A stretch of DNA of 64,000 nucleotides from an uncultured Actinomycetota bacterium. Lineage in GTDB: Bacteria > Actinomycetota > Actinomycetes > Streptosporangiales > Streptosporangiaceae. The notes below the pieces were generated by a model. It was not told where the DNA came from. It ran no database searches and saw only the letters and a list, made by a program, of their open reading frames with translations. Position 1 is the stretch's first letter; every line of letters begins with the position of its first letter. Below are positions 27,013 to 35,866 of this stretch, in pieces. Where the stretch lies: positions 78,972-142,971 of the forward strand of contig CAWKNA010000003.1 in NCBI GenBank assembly GCA_963850875.1, given 5' to 3'. A program made the translations under genes and the position numbers.

Positions 27013-28692
27013 GTGCCGACGCTGAACGACCTGGCCCGCCGGGCCCAGATCGTTGCTACGGACGCCGAGTGGCTGCACGCGCTGGTCTCCGACTGGGAAC
27101 TGCTCGCCGACCTGTCCTTCGCAGATCTGGTGCTCTGGGCTCCGCTCCCGGCCGAGCAGGCCTGGCTCGCGCTCGCGCAGGTCCGGCCGACCACCGGCCC
27201 GACGGCTTTCCCCGGTGATGTCGTCGGCTCGGTCCGGGCCGCGGGGGAGCAACCGCTGCTTGAGGCGGCCGTGACCCAGGGGCGCATTTGCCGCGAGGGT
27301 GACCCGGACTGGCGGCGCGGCGTGCCGGTCAGGCACGAGACGATTCCGGTCTGCCGCAGCGGACGGGTTGTTGCCGTGATCGAGCGGTCGACCAATCTTG
27401 ACTCGGCGCGGACGCCCAGCCGGATGGATCTGGCCTTTCTCCGAGCCGCCGACGATCTGGCCCAGATGGTCGCCGCTGGGCTGTTCCCCTGCCCGGCCAG
27501 CTCGCCGACGCTGGTCAGGTCCCCGCGGGTGACCGACGGGATGGTGCGCCTCAGCCGGTCAGGCAAGGTCAGTTATGCCAGCCCCAACGCCCTGTCGGCA
27601 TACCGAAGGCTCGGCCTGACCGCCGACCTGGCCGGACGGGAGCTCGGGCCGCTCACGGCGCGGCTGTGCGCGAGCAGCACGCCGCGAGATGACTCCTTGA
27701 TGCTGGCGGCAGGCGGCAGGGCACATCTGGAGACCGAGATCGAGGCAAACGGGTCTGTGGTCCAGATGCGAGCCATCCCGCTCGTGGTCGACGGCGCGTC
27801 CGCCGGGGCGCTGATTCTGCTCAGGGACGTCACCGAGCTGCGGCACCGGGAACGCGAGCTGACCACCAAGGACGCGACCATCAGGGAGATCCACCACCGG
27901 GTAAAGAACAACCTGCAGACCGTCGCTGCGCTGCTCAGGCTGCAGGCCCGGCGGATGCGGGTGCCTGAGGCGGTCGCCGCGCTCGATGAGGCCGTTCGGC
28001 GGGTCGGCTCGATCGCGCTGGTGCATGAGACGCTGTCCCAGGCGACCGGCGAGGTGGTCGACTTCGATGACATCGCTCGCCAGATCGCCTTGATGGCTGG
28101 CGAGCTGTCGGCACCGGAGGCCAGGATCACGCCGGTGCTGATCGGCCGCTTCGGGATGCTCTCCGGCTCGGTGGCCACCCCGCTCGCTCTGGTGCTGACC
28201 GAGCTGATGCATAACGCCGTGCAGCACGGCCTGGCTTCCGCTGGGGGGCCGGCGACCGGAACTCTTGAGCTGACGGCTGACCGGCGGCAAGACCGGATTG
28301 CGGTGACCGTGGCCGACAACGGTGGCGGGTTCCCGCCGGGGTTCGATCTGGAGGCAACCAGCAGCCTGGGCCTGCAGATCGTGCGCACGCTTGTGGTGGG
28401 TGAACTTGGCGGCACGCTGGTGATCTCAGCTCGCGAAGGCGGCGGCACCAGCGTGCTGCTCGACCTGCCGCTGCCTAACCCGGATCTGGGATCACCGGAC
28501 GAGGCGCGGCAGAACGGGGCCCAGCCGGGGCTAGACCCGGCCCAGGCACGGCAGAACAAAGCCCAAGCGGGGCTAGACGCCGCCCAGGCCACTCCAGACG
28601 CGGATCAGGCGCTGGCACCGACCCGTGCGCCCCGGCGCTTGAGCGCTCGCCGCTCGTCCTCGCTGAGCCCGCCCCAGACACCGGAGTCCTGA
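27013..28692 (+). CDS. pdtaS: PdtaS-type sensor histidine kinase (GAF/PAS + HisKA_2 + HATPase)
   Basis: N-terminus (V)PTLNDLARR...WELLADLSFADLVLW. H-box IREIHHRVKNNLQTVAALLRLQ. Adjacent to whiB1, as in mycobacteria (recalled). GTG start at 27013. Confidence 0.8.
   Translation: MPTLNDLARRAQIVATDAEWLHALVSDWELLADLSFADLVLWAPLPAEQAWLALAQVRPTTGPTAFPGDVVGSVRAAGEQPLLEAAVTQGRICREGDPDWRRGVPVRHETIPVCRSGRVVAVIERSTNLDSARTPSRMDLAFLRAADDLAQMVAAGLFPCPASSPTLVRSPRVTDGMVRLSRSGKVSYASPNALSAYRRLGLTADLAGRELGPLTARLCASSTPRDDSLMLAAGGRAHLETEIEANGSVVQMRAIPLVVDGASAGALILLRDVTELRHRERELTTKDATIREIHHRVKNNLQTVAALLRLQARRMRVPEAVAALDEAVRRVGSIALVHETLSQATGEVVDFDDIARQIALMAGELSAPEARITPVLIGRFGMLSGSVATPLALVLTELMHNAVQHGLASAGGPATGTLELTADRRQDRIAVTVADNGGGFPPGFDLEATSSLGLQIVRTLVVGELGGTLVISAREGGGTSVLLDLPLPNPDLGSPDEARQNGAQPGLDPAQARQNKAQAGLDAAQATPDADQALAPTRAPRRLSARRSSSLSPPQTPES
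28504..28587. repeat. 42-bp tandem duplication in the pdtaS 3' tail
   Basis: Encodes ARQNGAQPGLDPAQ / ARQNKAQAGLDAAQ. Confidence 0.85.
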
Positions 28693-28853
28693 CCGCTCTC
28701 CAGCGCCCACTGCAGGCACGCATCGGCGACCTTGCAGCGACCGCAGACCTGCTTAGCCTCATCGATTTGGAGCAGTGCGGGACCGGTGTTGCCAATCGGG
28801 AAGAACAGCTCCGGGTCTACGTCACGACATGCGGCGTAGTTACGCCAGTCCAT
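28605..28853 (-). CDS. whiB1: WhiB1-like Fe-S transcription factor
   Basis: MDWRNYAACRDVDPELFFP...CGRCKVADACLQWAL...GVWGGLSEDERRALKRR. GAGGAG 8 nt before ATG 28853. Confidence 0.9.
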   Translation of the reverse strand: MDWRNYAACRDVDPELFFPIGNTGPALLQIDEAKQVCGRCKVADACLQWALESGQDSGVWGGLSEDERRALKRRGARVGASA

Positions 28854-28915
28854 GCGGTCCACTCCTCTGTGAGGACCCGCGGGCAGTTGCCGAGGCCCGC
28901 CGCCTCTGTCGTGCT

Positions 28916-28931
28916 TGTGAACGAATTCACG
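28916..28931. promoter_or_regulatory. CRP/FNR-type site TGTGA-N6-TCACG upstream of whiB1
   Basis: TGTGAACGAATTCACG, centred about 70 bp upstream of the whiB1 ATG. Confidence 0.5.
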
Positions 28932-29175
28932 AGCTATGCCGTATGTCTTCGGGATTCGCTATGCGTCCCAAGCTAGTTAACTGCGCTCACGAAACTTATG
29001 TTCCGCTCTGGCTCCCAGTGAGACCGCCAGGCCACGCCCCCGTGGACACTGCCCGCGCAGACATCGCCCGCCTGGCGTAGGCGCGCGTGCTTGCCTCTCG
29101 CCAGGAGCGTTACAACCCTCCCAAGTTAATCGATCAAGCGCAAGACCCTTAGGCAAAGGTTAGGCCGGATTTCGG

Positions 29176-29191
29176 TGTCAGATCAGTCACA
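29176..29191. promoter_or_regulatory. second CRP-like site TGTCA-N6-TCACA
   Basis: TGTCAGATCAGTCACA, about 330 bp upstream of whiB1. It is preceded by the direct repeat TTAGGC-N5-TTAGGC (29149-29165). Confidence 0.3.
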
Positions 29192-29303
29192 TGGCGGGCA
29201 TGGCCCGTGCGCCGGGAAGGGGTCCGGAGCGTCGACGAGTACCGGGATGGATAGGTTTAAGCTGATCGGTCCGATATGTACGGTCGTTGCGCCGTGACCT
29301 GGG

Positions 29304-30344
29304 TCAGACCACGACCCGCAGGGCGTCAGGGACGGATCTGAATGAGACGATCTCCCGCTCGCCCACATACTCTCCGTCGATCTGGAACGCAACTGGTCGC
29401 TCGGATCGCAGTGTTACGACCGCCTGATCATGAAACGTCAGAATGTGGCGGCCATGTGGTGGCCTGCCATTCTTCGTAAGCATCTGGCCGACGGCGTGGA
29501 AGGTGCGCAGCGAGGACAGCGAAGTCATCGCGAAGACGTCCAGGCCAGTGTCGAAGCCGGCCTGCGGGCTGGCCTGGACGGCGCGGCCGCCGAGGTAAGT
29601 CCACGGTGCCGTGTTCGACACGATGCCGAGAAACACCGGTCCTGCGCTTGGCTGGCCATCAAGCTCGATGGTCAGGTTTGGCCGTCGCCGATCGGTCTGC
29701 CGGTAGAACTGGCGAAGTGTCAGTCGCACGTACAGCGCGGGCGTGACCGGCCGACCGTGGGCGCGCAGTCCCTGCACCGCCCGGACCACTTCGGCGTCCA
29801 GGCCCAGGCCGGAATTGAAGGTGAAGTACCGTCCTTCGGCCAGCCCCAGACCGATGGTGCGCTCGCGGTGCTCAGCTAGTGCCTGCAGGATCTGCCCGGC
29901 GGCGTCCACCGGGTCGCGTCCCAGGCCCAGGGCTCCGGTGAAGACATTCGCGCTGCCACCGGGCATGGCAGCGAGCGCGGGCAACCGGTCCGCGGGCAGG
30001 CGGTCTTCGGACGGGCGGTCTTCGGACGGAAGGTCGGCGGCCGGGAGGTCGACGGGCAGATGGTCTTCGGACGGGAGGTCGGCGGGCTGGTGACCGGCCG
30101 ATGGCTGGCCAGCGCCGCCGAGGATGCCGTTGACGGCTTCGTTAACCGTGCCGTCGCCGCCCAGCGTGAGCACCAGGCCATAGCCTTCAGACCGGGCTCT
30201 GGCCGCCAGCTTGGTGGCATGCCCCCGGTAGCGTGTCTCCACGACCTCAAGTTCGACAGCGGACGCAAGGGCCGACGCGATGACATCCCGGCGAAGCCGG
30301 GTCGTGGAGGTGGCACGTGGGTTCACGATCAGGAGCGCGCGCAC
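29304..30344 (-). CDS. diacylglycerol/lipid kinase family protein (DAGK catalytic domain)
   Basis: LIVNPRA, LGGDGTVNE. GTG start. Carries a P/D/E/L-rich insertion. Confidence 0.85.
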   Translation of the reverse strand: MRALLIVNPRATSTTRLRRDVIASALASAVELEVVETRYRGHATKLAARARSEGYGLVLTLGGDGTVNEAVNGILGGAGQPSAGHQPADLPSEDHLPVDLPAADLPSEDRPSEDRLPADRLPALAAMPGGSANVFTGALGLGRDPVDAAGQILQALAEHRERTIGLGLAEGRYFTFNSGLGLDAEVVRAVQGLRAHGRPVTPALYVRLTLRQFYRQTDRRRPNLTIELDGQPSAGPVFLGIVSNTAPWTYLGGRAVQASPQAGFDTGLDVFAMTSLSSLRTFHAVGQMLTKNGRPPHGRHILTFHDQAVVTLRSERPVAFQIDGEYVGEREIVSFRSVPDALRVVV

Positions 30345-30397
30345 GCGCTCAGGCTAACGGCTCGCCCGCGGCTCAGCATCAGCCGCGTCCGTTGACC

Positions 30398-30775
30398 GTG
30401 GCTGGCGCGGCCCTCGTGCAGGCGATACAGGCCGCCGCCGTCATGACCGCCGCCGTGCTGGCCGGCATCGCGACCGGCCAGGGTAGGTCCTACCAGAACG
30501 CCAGCGGCATCGCCATCACAGCCATCGGCGTCGGGACGGCAGTTGGGCTCGGCTTCGTGGCGGCGGGCCTGGCCAGGGCCAGGCGGTGGAGCCGGACGCC
30601 TGCGCTGCTGACCCAGCTCTTCTGCGGCATCGTCGGGATCTACCTGGTGCAAGGTCAGCGCTACTGGTGGGGCGTGCCGCTCCTAGTACTGTCTGTGGCT
30701 GGCTTCGTCCTGCTGCTTGTGCCGCCGAGCATCAGGGCGCTTGCCTATCAGTCGGCGGACCAGCCAACCCGCTAG
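30398..30775 (+). CDS. small integral membrane protein
   Basis: Four hydrophobic segments. Start is uncertain (TTG 30392 or GTG 30398; the listed ORF starts at 30317 and would overlap the divergent kinase gene). Confidence 0.55.
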   Translation: MAGAALVQAIQAAAVMTAAVLAGIATGQGRSYQNASGIAITAIGVGTAVGLGFVAAGLARARRWSRTPALLTQLFCGIVGIYLVQGQRYWWGVPLLVLSVAGFVLLLVPPSIRALAYQSADQPTR

Positions 30776-30781
30776 GCCGGG

Positions 30782-31720
30782 TCAGTCGTCGCTGGTCAGC
30801 CCCTCCCTGAGCTGTGCGAGGGTACGGGCGAGCAACCTGGATACGTGCATCTGCGAGATGCCGAGTTCGGTCGCGATCTGGGACTGAGTCATGTTCCCGA
30901 AGAATCGCAGCAGCAGGATTCGCTTCTCCCTGGGCGGCAGCCGCTCGAGCAAGGGCTTCAGCGATTCCCGGTACTCCACGCCTTCAAGCGCATCGTCGAG
31001 CATGCCAAGCGACTCAGCAACCGCCGGTGCGTCCTCATCCCCCGAGTCGGGTGCATCGAGCGAGACTGTCGAGTAGGCGTTGGCGGATTCGAGTCCCTCA
31101 AGCACCTCCTCCTCGGTCATCTGCAGGTGCACGGCAAGCTCGGCAACGGTCGGCGCCCGGCCGAGCCGCTGCGCCAGATCGCCGATGGCCTTGGTCAGGG
31201 CCAGCTTCAGCTCCTGCAGCCGCCGAGGTACCCGGACGGCCCAGCCCTTGTCCCTGAAGTGCCGCTTGATCTCGCCGACTATGGTGGGCGTGGCATAGGT
31301 GGAGAACTCCACGCCGCGGGTGAGGTCGAATCTGTCGATGGACTTGATCAGGCCAATCGTCGCCACCTGAGTCAGGTCGTCGAGCCACTCGCCCCGGTTG
31401 CGGAATCGCCTGGCCAGGTACTCCACCAGCGGCAGGTGCAGCTCGACCAGCTCGCCCCGGATCCTGAGCCGCTCCGGATCACCCTCAGGCAGCACGGAGA
31501 GCCGTACGAACAGCGCTCTGGCGTGCCCGCGCTCGCGCACCGCGTGCTGGACCCGCACCGCACCGGAGAGCTGTTCGGCGACATCGTCGTCCAGCTCCTC
31601 GGCGATCAGTCCGGCAACGGCCAGGACCTCATCGGGACCGGCAAGAGGCTGCCCCCCGGCAGGCTCAGCCGTTACCGTCTCGAACTCCTCGGTCAAGGCG
31701 ACCTCAGCTTCCCCCGTCAC
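30782..31720 (-). CDS. sigF: group-3 sigma factor, SigF/SigB family
   Basis: YATPTIVGEIKRHFRDKGWAVRVPRRLQEL and MTQSQIATELGISQMHVSRLLAR. The GTG start overlaps the upstream stop (GTGA). Confidence 0.85.
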   Translation of the reverse strand: MTGEAEVALTEEFETVTAEPAGGQPLAGPDEVLAVAGLIAEELDDDVAEQLSGAVRVQHAVRERGHARALFVRLSVLPEGDPERLRIRGELVELHLPLVEYLARRFRNRGEWLDDLTQVATIGLIKSIDRFDLTRGVEFSTYATPTIVGEIKRHFRDKGWAVRVPRRLQELKLALTKAIGDLAQRLGRAPTVAELAVHLQMTEEEVLEGLESANAYSTVSLDAPDSGDEDAPAVAESLGMLDDALEGVEYRESLKPLLERLPPREKRILLLRFFGNMTQSQIATELGISQMHVSRLLARTLAQLREGLTSDD

Positions 31721-32208
31721 ACCGACCTCGATGAATCACGGCTCTTGCGGAGCACGATCGTCAGCAGGTCGCCCGGCCCTACCTGGGCATCGACACTGCC
31801 AGCTAGCGCTGAGAGCACAGTCCACGCGAACGTATCGCCGGACGGTGCCCGTGGCGCTAGGCAGCGCACGGAGACCGAGACCGTCATCGTGTCCTGGCCG
31901 AGCCGGAAGCGGCACTCCAGCGTGCTGCCCGGGATCGCCTGGCTGAGCAGCATCGCGCACGCCTCATCCACGGCGATGCGCAGATCCTCGATCTCGTCCA
32001 GGGTGAAGTCCAGGCGCGCCGCCAGGCCGGCCGTCGCTGTCCGCAGGACCGACAGGTAAGCCCCGTCAGCCGGCAGCCGGATGGTGACTTCATCGCGGGC
32101 GTCGGCCTCGGCCGGCTCGGCCGGAGCCGGCTGAACCGCGGTGAGAAGTCGCCCAAGTTCCTGATTTTCGTCATGATCGTCATGCTCAGCGGCAATCGTC
32201 CGGCTCAT
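31717..32208 (-). CDS. usfX: anti-sigma-F factor (UsfX/RsbW-like)
   Basis: DLRIAVDEACAMLL and TFAWTVLSALAGSV resemble mycobacterial UsfX (recalled). Only the last 163 aa of the listed 377-aa ORF are used (ATG 32206-32208). Confidence 0.7.
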   Translation of the reverse strand: MSRTIAAEHDDHDENQELGRLLTAVQPAPAEPAEADARDEVTIRLPADGAYLSVLRTATAGLAARLDFTLDEIEDLRIAVDEACAMLLSQAIPGSTLECRFRLGQDTMTVSVSVRCLAPRAPSGDTFAWTVLSALAGSVDAQVGPGDLLTIVLRKSRDSSRSV

Positions 32209-32504
32209 CGCCGACGTTGTGCTTTCCTCGGTCACGTCTTGCCCCTCCAACAACGGCCGAATGTCGTCTCCTGCGCCGGGGCAGGGATCGACTTTCTTCC
32301 TGCAACCTATCTCGGGTCGCGCACTACACCGACGATTCGCTGACCTGGCGCGGCGCGACCGGCGGCGGCGGGGCCGCGGCTCGATGGCCGCGGGGCCCGC
32401 CATCCGCCGACCGTCAGCGTCGGCTGCGCGAATCTGGGCCGGCCTGATCTGGCAGCCCCCTGCCGATTCGGTTACCGGACCCTTCCTGCCTGGACTGACC
32501 GGGT

Positions 32505-32912
32505 TCAGCCCTGCTTGGTCTCCCAGAAGATAGTCGAGATTTCCTCGATCTTCGCGAGCAGCGCATCGGCCTTGGCCACGTCGGTGCTGCCCTTGGTGCC
32601 ACCGGCTCCGGCCAGCTTGGTGGCTTCGTTGAACAACTGGCTGAGCTGCGGGTACTTCTCGAAGTGCGGCGGCTTGAAGTAGTCGGTCCACAGCACCCAG
32701 AGGTGGTGCTTGACTAGATCGGACCGCTCCTCCTTGATCTGCAGAGCTCTGGTCCGGAATTCGGAGTCGGAGTTCTGCTGGTATTTCTCGCAGATCGCCT
32801 TCACCGACTCGGCCTCGATCCTGGCCTGAGCCGGGTCGTAGACGCCACACGGCAGGTCACAGTGCGCGAACGCGGTGACCTTGGGCGCGAGGGCACGTGC
32901 GAGCAGCCTCAT
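32505..32912 (-). CDS. sodN: nickel superoxide dismutase precursor
   Basis: Ni-hook HCDLPCGVYDP after a 16-aa leader MRLLARALAPKVTAFA. 135 aa. Confidence 0.95.
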   Translation of the reverse strand: MRLLARALAPKVTAFAHCDLPCGVYDPAQARIEAESVKAICEKYQQNSDSEFRTRALQIKEERSDLVKHHLWVLWTDYFKPPHFEKYPQLSQLFNEATKLAGAGGTKGSTDVAKADALLAKIEEISTIFWETKQG

Positions 32913-32964
32913 GATGTCCTTCTCTCGTGTCGGATCATTGGGTAACGGAATCTGACAGTACAAC

Positions 32965-33333
32965 GTGGCGCCGATCGGCAGACGGGAGGGATGCGTGCGC
33001 TGGCCGATATGGCGGGTCGCGGTCGCCGAAAGGTCGATGGAGCCGGCCTTGCGGCCCGGCGACTGGCTGCTGGTCTGGCGCGGGTTGCGACCTGAGGGTC
33101 CGCCCCGCATCCGCCGCGGACAGATCGTCGTCGCGTGCCATCCCCAGCGACCTGGCATGTTGCTGGTCAAGCGAGTCGCCAGACGCGAGCCAAACGGGTG
33201 GTTCCTGATCTCGGACAACCCAGGCGCCGGTGCTGTGGACAGCGGTCACTTCGGTCCCGTGCCGCCCGCGCTGATCGAGGGCACGCTGCTGCTGCGCTAT
33301 CGCCGCGGTCGGCCCGCGCCGCAGAGGCGGTGA
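32965..33333 (+). CDS. sodX: Ni-SOD maturation protease (S26 signal-peptidase family)
   Basis: Divergent from sodN. SMEPALRPGDWLLV (Ser) and LVKRV (Lys). Alternative GTG start at 32995 after GGGAGGG. Confidence 0.85.
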   Translation: MAPIGRREGCVRWPIWRVAVAERSMEPALRPGDWLLVWRGLRPEGPPRIRRGQIVVACHPQRPGMLLVKRVARREPNGWFLISDNPGAGAVDSGHFGPVPPALIEGTLLLRYRRGRPAPQRR

Positions 33334-33379
33334 GGCTCCGGCCCGCAAGGGCCGGAGCCTCGTACTCGCAGGGTGAAGA

Positions 33380-35143
33380 TCAGGCCGGCGGGGTTTCCGT
33401 CTCGCCCCAGGACTCTGCCGTCTGCGCCTCCCAGTCCTCAGCGCCTCCTGACTGCGCCGCGATGGCTTCCTCCATCTCGGGGCGCGACAGGCAGGAGTAC
33501 ATGGCCCAGTAGTAGATCACCAGGCTGAACACGGCGACGAGCCCCATGTCCCACCAAAACGGAATGTGGCCTCGGTAGTTGCCGTTCGGCTTGAGCACTG
33601 CCGAACCGGGCAGCCCGAACTCGCCATACCACGAGATCACGCCCATGCCGATCAGGTAGACGGCGATCCACGTCGAGTTCTTCCAGTTGATCTTCGGTGC
33701 GTGCGGGTTGTCGGAGAAGTGCATCAGGATCAGCAGGTAGCCGAGGATGACGGCCACGCCCAGCTTCCAGAGCGTCTCGAAACCGGACCAGTAGATGATC
33801 AGGTTCGCGATGACGAACGCGATCGGCGCGACGGCCACCGCGCCCGGCATCTTGTAGGGCCGGGTCGCGTCGGGCAGGTTCTTGCGGAATGCGCCCAGGG
33901 CCAGCGGCGCTCCTGCGTACATCAGCACGCTCGCCGAGGTGACCAGGCTGACCAGCGAGTGCCAGCTCGGGAACGGCAGCAGGAAGACCAGGCCGAACAG
34001 GAACGCGACGACCAAGCCGACCCACGGCACGCCGTTCTTGTCGGTCTTGGTGAAGATCGACGGGTAGTACCTGTTCCTGGCCAGGCCGTAGCCAACTCGA
34101 GAGGTGGAGGTCACGTACATCTGGCCGGTGCCGTACGGGGAGATGAACGCGTCCGCCCGCAGGACGGCCGCGAGCCAGGCCAGACCGACCGCGCCGGCCA
34201 GGCCGGCGAACGGCCCGATCACGATCGGGTTGGACGACGCGATGCCCGCGAAGCCCAGGTGACCGCTGATCAGACTGGACGGGGTGGCGCCGATGAAGAC
34301 TACCTGGAGCAGCACGTAGATCGCGGTGCCGATCAGGATCGCCCCGATGATCGCCCACGGCAGGTTCCGCTGCGGGTTCTTGACCTCACCGGCGAGCTGG
34401 TCGGCCTGCTCGAAGCCGAGGTAGGCGAAGACGATGCCGGCCGACGGGATCGCGTAGAACAGAGCGTGCCAGCCGACTCCGCCAATCCCTGGGGCGCCGA
34501 AGGCGTGGCCCGGGTTGAGCCCGCCCTGGACACTGAAGTTGTGCGAGTGGAACTTGAACAGCAAGATGATGATCGCCAGGACCGGGATCGCAACCTTCCA
34601 CCAGGTGATGGCTGCGTTCACCTTGTTGAACAGGCGCATCGCGAAGAAGTTCACCGCAGTCATGATCGCCATCAGGACGATCGTGATCACGAAACCCCAG
34701 TGGGTAACGTTGCCGGTGGTCGAGTTATAGATCAGGAACGTCGGGTTTTTCGGATTTTTCCCGTTTAGCCAGTACTGACCGTACTGCAGCACGGCGAAGC
34801 ATTCGATCGGCGCGACGGTCACCGCCTGAAGCCAGGAGAAGAACCCGAACGTGATCCCGGCGCCACTGCCGAAGGCGAGGTGCGGGAACCGCGCCGTGCC
34901 CCCCGCCACCGGGTACATCCCACCAAGCTCGGCGTGCACGAGCGCGAGGATGATGACCGCGACGCCGCCGATGACCCACGCCCAGATCGCCGCCGGCCCA
35001 ATCGCGACCGCCGCGAAGTACGAGCCGAACAGCCAGCCTGAGCCGATGATCGAGGTCTCGGACGCCCACATGGCGCCGATCAACCCCATCTCTCGCTTGA
35101 GGCCTATGTCGACCGGCCGCGCCTCTATTGTCTCGATTGCCAT
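33380..35143 (-). CDS. APC superfamily amino-acid permease
   Basis: 12+ TM pattern, SIIGSGWLFG. ATG 35141-35143 preceded by AGAAGG. Confidence 0.9.
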   Translation of the reverse strand: MAIETIEARPVDIGLKREMGLIGAMWASETSIIGSGWLFGSYFAAVAIGPAAIWAWVIGGVAVIILALVHAELGGMYPVAGGTARFPHLAFGSGAGITFGFFSWLQAVTVAPIECFAVLQYGQYWLNGKNPKNPTFLIYNSTTGNVTHWGFVITIVLMAIMTAVNFFAMRLFNKVNAAITWWKVAIPVLAIIILLFKFHSHNFSVQGGLNPGHAFGAPGIGGVGWHALFYAIPSAGIVFAYLGFEQADQLAGEVKNPQRNLPWAIIGAILIGTAIYVLLQVVFIGATPSSLISGHLGFAGIASSNPIVIGPFAGLAGAVGLAWLAAVLRADAFISPYGTGQMYVTSTSRVGYGLARNRYYPSIFTKTDKNGVPWVGLVVAFLFGLVFLLPFPSWHSLVSLVTSASVLMYAGAPLALGAFRKNLPDATRPYKMPGAVAVAPIAFVIANLIIYWSGFETLWKLGVAVILGYLLILMHFSDNPHAPKINWKNSTWIAVYLIGMGVISWYGEFGLPGSAVLKPNGNYRGHIPFWWDMGLVAVFSLVIYYWAMYSCLSRPEMEEAIAAQSGGAEDWEAQTAESWGETETPPA

Positions 35144-35290
35144 GTCCAACCTTCTTTCGGTGCACGACTAGAACGTGACCCCCGCGAGTGAGGCTCATGT
35201 TAATGATCATTGCGGAGCCTGAGAAGAAGCCAGAAGGTGTCGTTTCGGTAACGCAAGTGATGCCGCGTGCGTTAGAGGGCGTTCTGCGGC

Positions 35291-35866
35291 CTAGCTTGCG
35301 GCCGATACCGTCGAAGGCGCTGGATCTGATGTAGCGCCGCGGCTCTGCCGCCTTAGCGAGGTCACGTTTCCCCTGGCGCCGTGATCCTTGCAGTAGCGCC
35401 TGGACTTATTGCTGCTGCCGTCGATGAATACCCGGTCACAGGAGGCAATGGCGCAGATGCCCAGCCGTTCCGTGCCGAGCTGGCTGACCAGCAGCGCCAG
35501 GCTGATCACCGCGGCGGCCGCATAGCGGTCGGTGACCGATCCCGACTCACTCAGGTGCAGATGCCAGCGCTCGCCGCCATGGCCGACGATCACCGGGTGG
35601 ATCGGGTGAATCATCAGCAGCCCGTTCAGCCGCTCCACCGCGGCTGAACCTGAGCCGTCGACCGCCGCGGCGAAGACCGCGGTCAGCTCGGCGCGCAGCA
35701 GCTTCAGCCGGTCCAGATCGTGCGGCGTCACCGGGACAGCAAGAAATGGGCGGTCCGCGACCATCTCGCGGAACGCCTCGCGGGTGCTCAGCGGGTCAGC
35801 GTCGGCGTCACAGACACCAGAATTGACCAGGCGCACCGCTAGCTCGGCAAAGGACGCCAGATTCAC
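35291..35866 (-). CDS. CGNR zinc-finger (ABATE domain) protein
   Basis: C-terminal CAIASCDRVFIDGSSNKSRRYCKDHGARGN. Confidence 0.7.
   Translation of the reverse strand: MNLASFAELAVRLVNSGVCDADADPLSTREAFREMVADRPFLAVPVTPHDLDRLKLLRAELTAVFAAAVDGSGSAAVERLNGLLMIHPIHPVIVGHGGERWHLHLSESGSVTDRYAAAAVISLALLVSQLGTERLGICAIASCDRVFIDGSSNKSRRYCKDHGARGNVTSLRRQSRGATSDPAPSTVSAAS

Noticed and set aside
26899-27336. A 146-aa N-terminal extension of the TPP enzyme ORF.
   Set aside because: It overlaps the pdtaS start region on the other strand and the sequence is junk-like. Family members start near the MAQDK... position.
29149-29165. IdeR/DtxR iron box at TTAGGCAAAGGTTAGGC.
   Set aside because: Fewer than half the positions match the 19-bp TTAGGTTAGGCTAACCTAA consensus. 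It is a direct repeat, not an inverted one.
32209-32850. The N-terminal 214 aa of the listed 377-aa ORF containing the anti-sigma factor.
   Set aside because: Low-complexity Arg/Pro/Gly-rich sequence with no homology signal. A UsfX-like protein of about 160 aa starting at 32208 fits the family size.
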